Positions 57,890 through 64,000 of a stretch of DNA of 64,000 nt are shown piece after piece (within the stretch, counting starts at the first letter, position 1; each line of letters starts with the position of its first letter). A program made the position numbers and the translations under genes. The stretch lies in IMG/VR virus record IMGVR_UViG_3300044675_007236. The stretch is one strand, 5' to 3'. This stretch comes from a virus. Lineage: Duplodnaviria; Caudoviricetes. The notes below the pieces were generated by a model that was given only the letters and a program-made list of their open reading frames with translations, made no database searches and was not told the DNA's origin.

Positions 57890-58406
57890 GTCTAATCCTT
57901 TGCATTAATATGTATTGTGCTAAACGGTATTTATCTTTCAAAGATCCTTCGTTTAGATCGCTCATGTTATGTTGAAGATCAGCAAGTTTGACTGCTATTG
58001 CTCCAACGCTAATCGAACCACTGTTCATAATTCTAACTACGAAATCTAAATAGTTCTCATCTTTTTTTCGTGACACAACCTCGACAATTTCAGCCGTCAA
58101 AGGTGTAAAACCTTCGGCTTTTATATCTTCCTTAGTTACGCCGCAGTCCTCAATTACGTCATGCAAGTACGCCGCATCGACTATGTTTTCGTAAAGCGGC
58201 CCCCAGACTGTCAACGCGTGAAACGGCATCAAATTTAACCAGTCATTCCTAACGATACCAGCCACAGCTTCTACGTGCGTAAAGTAAGGCTTGCCGTCTT
58301 TTCGCTTCTGATCTTTGTGTTTAGCCGCGGCATAGGCACGAGCTTTGTTTATTAGGTTTTCAGTCGTCATTTTTGGTTTCCTTCTGTATGCGGATAACGC
58401 GATCAA
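57879..58406 (-). CDS. HD-domain RelA/SpoT-like hydrolase (small alarmone hydrolase/Mesh1-like)
   Basis: A...H.DQ.RK.G.PYF.H, AAYLHDVIED, VKLADL.HN. Confidence 0.85.
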   Translation of the reverse strand: MIALSAYRRKPKMTTENLINKARAYAAAKHKDQKRKDGKPYFTHVEAVAGIVRNDWLNLMPFHALTVWGPLYENIVDAAYLHDVIEDCGVTKEDIKAEGFTPLTAEIVEVVSRKKDENYLDFVVRIMNSGSISVGAIAVKLADLQHNMSDLNEGSLKDKYRLAQYILMQRIRRVN

Positions 58407-58489
58407 TTCTTCGGTTCTTGTCTACACAGGCTTCAATTTGCATAAGCAAAAACGCGAAGATAAACAAAAACACAATTACACCTGCTCCT

Positions 58490-59233
58490 TTAGTCACGTC
58501 TCATTGTCCCCCACTGAGTACAGACTTTACCGGCCTTTTCGATGTCATCTTTGATTTTCAAATACTTTTTGTCAAAAGCGGCGTAGTCAAAGGCACGCCA
58601 AATGTCCCACACCGCAACATTGAAAGATTGTTGCCAGTCAAAATCGTAGGCACTTGTATGAACAAGCGTTATTGGCTTGTCGTATATCGCTTTTAGTCTT
58701 GAACCGAAGAAGTCTAAAACATCTTTGTTGTCGTCAACGATTACAACTTCAGTTACTTTTTTTCGTTGAAGTACTTGAGCCGCGAACCAACCCATACCCA
58801 TACCGGCGATGATGGTTTTACCGCTTGTGCGTCTGATCTGCGAACGTTGAGTCACCATTTCGCTTGGAGTAAGGCTCATCCAAGCACGCCCATCTGTGTC
58901 TTGCAGTATTGGAAGCAACACGTCGCCTGAAAACCCGACTTTCTTATCGCTGCCACCTACGATATCGAGCCAATTTCGATGCAGTTTTGGATTGCTAAAC
59001 AAAAAAGTCGAACGCATAGAGAACTTGGGAAATACTGCGTTGAAAAGTCTAAACTCGCCCAGCTTAATTGCGTTTTTAGGTGGGTTATTCACTTCGCCCC
59101 TGGGTAGTTCTTTCGACCAAGGTAATTGTTCTTCGACTAGTTTGTTGTAAGCCTCTGCGTCGAACACCGTGTACCGTTGCAACGGTTTGAAATCAAGCGT
59201 AAACTTGATTGTTTCTTCTACTGTTGTTGTCAT
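58490..59233 (-). CDS. class I SAM-dependent methyltransferase/spermidine-synthase-like protein
   Basis: WMSLTPSE, IIAGMGMGW (GxGxG), V.IVD, DIW. Confidence 0.6.
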   Translation of the reverse strand: MTTTVEETIKFTLDFKPLQRYTVFDAEAYNKLVEEQLPWSKELPRGEVNNPPKNAIKLGEFRLFNAVFPKFSMRSTFLFSNPKLHRNWLDIVGGSDKKVGFSGDVLLPILQDTDGRAWMSLTPSEMVTQRSQIRRTSGKTIIAGMGMGWFAAQVLQRKKVTEVVIVDDNKDVLDFFGSRLKAIYDKPITLVHTSAYDFDWQQSFNVAVWDIWRAFDYAAFDKKYLKIKDDIEKAGKVCTQWGTMRRD

Positions 59234-59245
59234 CGTTTACTCCAT

Positions 59246-59269
59246 AAAAAAACCCGCCTTTCAGCGGGT
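59246..59269 (-). terminator. intrinsic terminator abutting the next RBS
   Basis: ACCCGC-TGAAAG-GCGGGT followed by a T-run, then ATGGAG. Confidence 0.85.
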
Positions 59270-59319
59270 GTGGTGTTAACGTAAGTTTACTTCGGTTCAA
59301 AGCGTAACTCGTAAAATAT

Positions 59320-60358
59320 TTACTGCGAACACGGTGGGCTGACATATTCTTCGTAATTAACGATGTCAGCTATCTGTTTTAGCTTGTCGTAGTCACAACA
59401 ATGCCTTACGCACTCTGCTATCGAGTACCTATCTGCAACAAGTGCCCGCCGATTAATCTCTTCCTCAGAAAAGACATGGGCGTGACCTTCTTTTTTAGGT
59501 ACTTTTCCGCCACAACTTGTAACCCAGCTTCTTGTTGTTTCTCCGACGATTTCAATTTTAACCCAGTGTTCTCGCCAAATTGGGCCACCGAATGTTTCGC
59601 CTTTGTCGTTTCGGCGATATACACGACGGTTAGGTTCAAATAACCAGCAGTCCGGATACCCAGCGGGTTCGGTTTTTGTTGCCTTCATGTTGTTCTTAGT
59701 TCCGTGCAAAGCCACCAGGTGGTGTACCGTCAAAAGAAATGCGAACGTTTGTTACTTCGTTGCGACCTGGAAAGCGGTCCATGGGGTCGCCATCGACTTC
59801 TTGAATTACGTATTCAATTTTGACGTTCAAACCTGAAAACAGCTTTTCGCTGATAATTTTGTTGATCTGTTCAACAGGGTAGTCTACGGTCGTTGTCGTT
59901 TTACTTGTTGCCATGTTAACTTTCTTTGCTTCTAAAATTTTCAAGATTCGCATACGATAGTTGTCAAACACGAATTCTTTGTATTCTTCGCAATAATCCT
60001 CTTCTTCGTACGAGGCGAAATCAAACTCTTTGACAGCTAATTCAACGATTGTACCGGCTGGACGAATTAATTTGCCTTTCTTCAAATCTTTTTCTGCTCT
60101 TACAACGTACAACGTAACGGTTTTAGGTTTACCCCAGTCAGGAGCACAGCCGGTTTCGTTATCTCGAGTAGAAAACTGTGCAACAACTTTTACGCCGTCG
60201 TACAAATCTTTGAGAGACATTTCGTTCGCCGGTTCTGTTAGGTTATTAGACATACCACTCAGACCTTTCTCTGTAGATACCGCTAATCTTTGGTTCTTTT
60301 TGCCCGACGTACTTGCCGTCATATAACCGGTAATTAACACCGTCTGTTTTAGGTTCAA
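59320..60358 (-). CDS. two hypothetical ORFs (59320..59733, 59696..60358; true starts probably internal)
   Basis: NRRVY...GGPI.REHW...EIVGET.RSW pattern in the first. Confidence 0.55.
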
Positions 60359-60785
60359 AGAAGTAGATTTGACAAATACGCATGTTGGCGTAAATGCGAA
60401 CAGGTTGGATACACGATACTTCTAGCGTCCAAGTTCCTTTGAAACCGATGTCACCAAAGCCTGCCGTTGCGTGAACGTTAATTCCAAGCCTGCCGATAGA
60501 CGACCGGCCTTCAATGCACGGCACGTATTTAGAAGTGTACGTTACCTCTCTGGTTGCCATTAGATAGAGCTGGCCGGGGTTAAGCCGCAACCCTTCTTTT
60601 GGTATCTTGCTCTCTATAAACACAGGCCTTGAGGCTGCATCGATTTCTTCGTAAAGACTGATAGAGTAAACTTCACTTAGCCGAAGATCGTATGAGTTTG
60701 GGCCGAGTTGGCTTTTGTCGTACGGGGTTATCTCGATATGGCCTAGTTCTACCGCTCGGTCTATCGCTCCGCCTGTTAAAATCAT
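60246..60785 (-). CDS. dcd: dCTP deaminase
   Basis: MILT, QLGPNSYDLRL, L.PG..YL..T.E, EGRSSIGRLG, HATAGFGD.GF.G..TLE, ICQI.F, Y.GKY.GQ. Confidence 0.95.
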   Translation of the reverse strand: MILTGGAIDRAVELGHIEITPYDKSQLGPNSYDLRLSEVYSISLYEEIDAASRPVFIESKIPKEGLRLNPGQLYLMATREVTYTSKYVPCIEGRSSIGRLGINVHATAGFGDIGFKGTWTLEVSCIQPVRIYANMRICQIYFFEPKTDGVNYRLYDGKYVGQKEPKISGIYRERSEWYV

Positions 60786-60848
60786 TTGTCACCCAACTTA
60801 GATAAAATAGCGTATAAAAAAACAATGAAAACAATAAAAGCAGCAAGT

Positions 60849-61337
60849 TCAGGGCTTATTTGACTTAGGTTTGTTTGTGCGATCATTTGGTTCCTCCCAG
60901 TTGATAGCCAGTATTCCTTCGGAAACAGCTTTGGCTAGTTTGGTTATATCAGGATAGTGAATTGGTCTACCGCCGGTGCGTAAAATAAAACCGTTTTCAA
61001 TTTTGTTGATACGAACTGTGGTAGTTGTATCGTTACCTTCAGATGTAACTGAAAATTTAGGTAGCATAGTGATTCTTTATTTGAGACAAGAACAGCACCA
61101 CCAGTAGTTGGTTGTTTCGCTAGCCTGGCACCAGTACTTTTCGCTAGGCTTTAGTTTTTTGCGACAAATACCGCAGACTACATCTCTAGATCTGGCGGGA
61201 AGTGTTCTTAAAACAGGACCGCATTCCTCTGCTGGTTTTTCTTGCTTAGACTGTTTTGGAATTTCTTGTTTGGTGGGTTTTAAGTCTTCTTTTTTAGTTG
61301 TACCCTCAAGCTCAGCCAAAAGATCTTCAATGTTCAT
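60849..61337 (-). CDS. two small hypothetical ORFs (60849..61067, 61077..61337 Cys-rich)
   Basis: CGICR ... WWCCSC in the second. Confidence 0.6.
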
Positions 61338-61849
61338 GTGGTAGGTTCAATTTCATAAGCGGTTTGTTTTCCTAGAAGTGTTATGGCGGTTTGATCGTAC
61401 TTCGCGTTTTTGATGTCTGCTCGAGCGTACTTACTAACCATATCGGCAAGTTTGTTGGCTTCTAACGTAGAACGTTCAAGCCAGTGCGTCTTTACGATAA
61501 AACCTTTAGCTAGAAAGTCCGACAAGAATTTACCGCAGATGTAGGTGGTGCTGGCGGCGGCGACAACTTGGCTATCAGTGATGATGTGCACGTGTTGGAA
61601 GTTGTCGTATTTTCTGCTAGCGTAGTAAATAAGCGGTTGAATGTAAGCCATGTACTCGGCCACGTTTACCGTGCCATGGTTCATGCTGCCATACCACATA
61701 GTTCGGCTAAAGTCTTTACGCTCAATCGACAAACAGCCCCAGCCGCAAGGCCCCCACGACGCACCAGATCCGTCACCAATTAGCAAAATGTCCCAGTTTT
61801 CGATTTTTAGATGATCTAACAATTGGGACAATTGTTTACAGTTTTCCAT
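61334..61849 (-). CDS. ribonuclease HI-like protein
   Basis: IGDGS, TVNVAEY.A, IITDSQ, N.LAD..SK.AR catalytic D/E/D/D pattern. Confidence 0.85.
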   Translation of the reverse strand: MENCKQLSQLLDHLKIENWDILLIGDGSGASWGPCGWGCLSIERKDFSRTMWYGSMNHGTVNVAEYMAYIQPLIYYASRKYDNFQHVHIITDSQVVAAASTTYICGKFLSDFLAKGFIVKTHWLERSTLEANKLADMVSKYARADIKNAKYDQTAITLLGKQTAYEIEPTT

Positions 61850-61918
61850 TGTATTTTCCTAATGCAACATGCTAGCAAGAAATATTTAAAACAGCTATTG
61901 GTTAGCAACTAAAACCCA

Positions 61919-63214
61919 CTAACCGCTGTGCTGTTTAAGCGGAACGAGAATCTGATTGAAGTCTGACGCATAAGTGTGATCTTCATGAGGAACGCTCGGG
62001 CTTCCTTGTTTAAATAAATTGGCCGTTAGCGTTCTATCGAACATAATGTCCAATTCTGGTAACGCTTCATCTTCAATATCGGACAATACCAAGCTGACCT
62101 TGTTTCCGTTTGGAAGCTCAATTACAACTTCGTCTCCGTCAACTTCAAGTTTAACTTTCACTTTCACAGTGTCTTTCTCCGGTAATGTCGCATCTTCAAT
62201 AGCTGATGTGATCCTCGACTGCCCATTCTTTTAACTTATCAAAAACTTGTTCAATGCAAGCGACTGCGTTAAACGCGTCGTAGGAGTCTGTTGGACTATC
62301 ACCATACGATGGAGCTCCGGTAATACCTAGTCTGTAGTTCATAGGGGCAACACAAAGCCATCCAACGTCTTTTGAAGCATTTTGAAAGTTTTCGCAGACT
62401 TCTACTACGTATTCAAGGAGCTTTTCTCTAATTACTGTGATGTCGCTGTCGCCGTAAAACTGATAAGACTCTTCAAATTCGTCGATTTCTAACGTGGCGA
62501 TTAACGATTTCATGGCTGCTTTCCGCACTTCTGTGAGTTCACACAGCGGTGCGGCTGCAAAAGTCATACTCATGCCCATGCTACTACCTTCTTTCTACAA
62601 CGCGAGTAGTTGTTATTGTTTCAGTTTCAACGATTTCAGCTATGTGGTACTCTGTCTGCATGTCGCTAAAAGCTGCATAGGCCTCGATGATTGCACCGGA
62701 CAAGAAGTACTCACCTTTTTTTGGGCACCGTTTTTCACCGGTCCAACGTGCTTTAAACCTGCGGTCAATAAGCAACTTATTGGGTATTACAGGGTAAAGC
62801 CCGAATCGGCTTAGTTTCTCAGTCATTAGTGTTCGATTTCTCCGCGAGCTTAAGCCTAAGTGCAACCACGCGGTCTTCGAGTTCTTCCAGTTCCGCCTCC
62901 AAAATAGCTCGGTCGAGGTCTACGACGATAACGTAATCGTCGTATTTCAGCCTAGACGTAAAAACAAAAATATCTTCGATATCGGGTCTAACTGTCAAAA
63001 GGCTAAGCTGACGCAATAAAACTTTTTTGCTATCGAAAATTCTGGCGTTTTTTAGATCCGGATTCCAGCAAAAGTCGTCGTCATCTCTATCATACATAAG
63101 ATAAGAAACTGTTCCGGTTTGTTTGTGCCGTAGAGCTGCACCGTAACCACTATTAATTTCAAGGTTTTCCATGTTATTTTCTTTTGTTGTTTGTGATTCT
63201 TGTATTCCAATCAA
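61919..63214 (-). CDS. four hypothetical ORFs (61919..62167, 62196..62579, 62584..62865, 62819..63214)
   Basis: ORF track; the TGEKR.PKKGEYF module in 62584..62865. Confidence 0.6.
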
Positions 63215-63395
63215 CTATCGCTAGACTGCGGTCGTAGCGAATACCTTCAGGGCAACTGCTAGCGCCACAGTCGTCACATTGCACTACCCAATCGTCAAGG
63301 TCGTGCAATTGGTAGTGCAAAAGAGGTTTGTCACCGCAAAACGGACAAACAAGTAACGCAGATTTTTCTTCGCTGGTGAAATCGAAAGTTGTCAT
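63174..63395 (-). CDS. Lar-family restriction alleviation-like Zn protein
   Basis: L.CPFCG ... VQCDDCGA ... WNTR. Confidence 0.75.
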   Translation of the reverse strand: MTTFDFTSEEKSALLVCPFCGDKPLLHYQLHDLDDWVVQCDDCGASSCPEGIRYDRSLAIVDWNTRITNNKRK

Positions 63396-63432
63396 GCTAA
63401 TCTTTCGATACGTTAGTTATGTCGGGTTGTTC
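63396..63432. repeat. direct repeat, copy 1 (21-bp identical core GCTAATCTTTCGATACGTTAG)
   Basis: 33/37 identical to 63781..63817. Confidence 0.9.
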
Positions 63433-63753
63433 AAGATTACTTGCTTCTTTTTCTTCTGCGTCCATAAGTCTGTTAATTGAAAAGACTCTCGCGTACACGT
63501 CCGGCGTGTTATCGTAAAGCCATTTAATGCCTTCTTGGTATCTTCTAGTTTCCAAAAACCATTCAACTACCGGCGATATGTCTTCCCACGCCGAGTCGAT
63601 AAGAACCATGTACTGCAGATTATGATCGGCAGCAAGCCGAAACAACTGTAGCGATGCAGAACATTCCAACTTCGCCGCCAAAGCTGTCGGCATTCCGGAA
63701 GCAACGTCAAAGCGATCTTTTTCTACGTAACGCATAATTTTTACAAGTTTCAT
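63397..63753 (-). CDS. hypothetical protein flanked by direct repeats
   Basis: 118 aa, ends EQPDITNVSKD. Confidence 0.7.
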   Translation of the reverse strand: MKLVKIMRYVEKDRFDVASGMPTALAAKLECSASLQLFRLAADHNLQYMVLIDSAWEDISPVVEWFLETRRYQEGIKWLYDNTPDVYARVFSINRLMDAEEKEASNLEQPDITNVSKD

Positions 63754-63780
63754 AAGGGTTTTAAAGTACTGCGAGTTTAA

Positions 63781-63817
63781 GCTAATCTTTCGATACGTTA
63801 GCCGTGTTGGGTTGTTC
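63781..63817. repeat. direct repeat, copy 2
   Basis: See copy 1. Confidence 0.9.
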
Positions 63818-64000
63818 GGAGCTCGTTCTGTAAGAATCTTTTTCGACGGACAGTGATAGGTCGGCTCTGACCGCTATGCCCTCTTCACGGTGTTTAACTG
63901 TGTACCAGCCAGATGTGTGTAACGCTATGCGGTTGTTTTCTTTTTGTTCTATGCTTACCACGCGTACCCACTGATACGGAGGATGTTTGGCTAAAGAATT
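63782..64000 (-). CDS. hypothetical protein, 5'-truncated by window edge
   Basis: Open frame NSLAKHPPYQW...EQPNTANVSKD*. Confidence 0.7.
   Translation of the reverse strand, partial: NSLAKHPPYQWVRVVSIEQKENNRIALHTSGWYTVKHREEGIAVRADLSLSVEKDSYRTSSEQPNTANVSKD

Noticed and set aside
1895-62814. The many plus-strand ORFs in the track other than 45315..45701
   Set aside because: All lie antisense to longer minus-strand genes and show no protein motifs.
1-64000. CRISPR array, tRNA or rRNA genes
   Set aside because: No regularly spaced repeat-spacer series and no cloverleaf or T-loop signature seen by eye; a tRNAscan/Infernal run would be needed to exclude them fully.
1-64000. Stop-codon reassignment
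   Set aside because: Long genes are intact in the standard code and TAA, TAG and TGA all end ORFs at tight gene junctions; the TAA at 9002 is isolated.
1-64000. Diversity-generating retroelement or a complete integron
   Set aside because: No reverse transcriptase or tyrosine integrase in the window; repeat pairs do not show adenine-specific mismatches, and no full attC was found.

Overview
64-kb segment of a large tailed dsDNA phage genome. It is tightly packed, reads in the standard code, and every credible gene but one is on the minus strand. From right to left (the direction of transcription): (i) about 48.4-64 kb, small accessory/early genes (Lar-like, RNase HI, dCTP deaminase, SAM methyltransferase-like, HD alarmone-hydrolase-like, GHKL ATPase-HExxH fusion, a Pol I motif-2 micro-ORF, Gly-rich repeat ORFs, adenine MTase, stand-alone RNAP alpha-CTD). 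(ii) A 297-bp non-coding element at 48080-48376 bounded by perfect 22-bp inverted repeats. (iii) About 21.9-48 kb, a replication/recombination module (SbcCD, SF2 helicase, DnaB-like helicase, primase, UDG-like/PolA fusion, dTMP kinase, RecA-like, DEDDh exonuclease, endonuclease VII). (iv) About 13.5-18.6 kb, a putative portal gene followed by three glycosyltransferase-like genes. (v) 0-13 kb, a second accessory region with mosaic multi-module proteins and gene relics. The best candidate for a new system is inside the replication module: translationally coupled genes for a degenerate IS110/Nop-like protein (41249-42073) and a solitary RAMP/Cas7-like protein (40776-41252), followed directly by an antisense promoter-to-terminator unit of about 60 nt (candidate small RNA). 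All functional calls come from motif recognition by eye; no searches were run. No tRNA, rRNA or CRISPR array was seen. The host is unknown.
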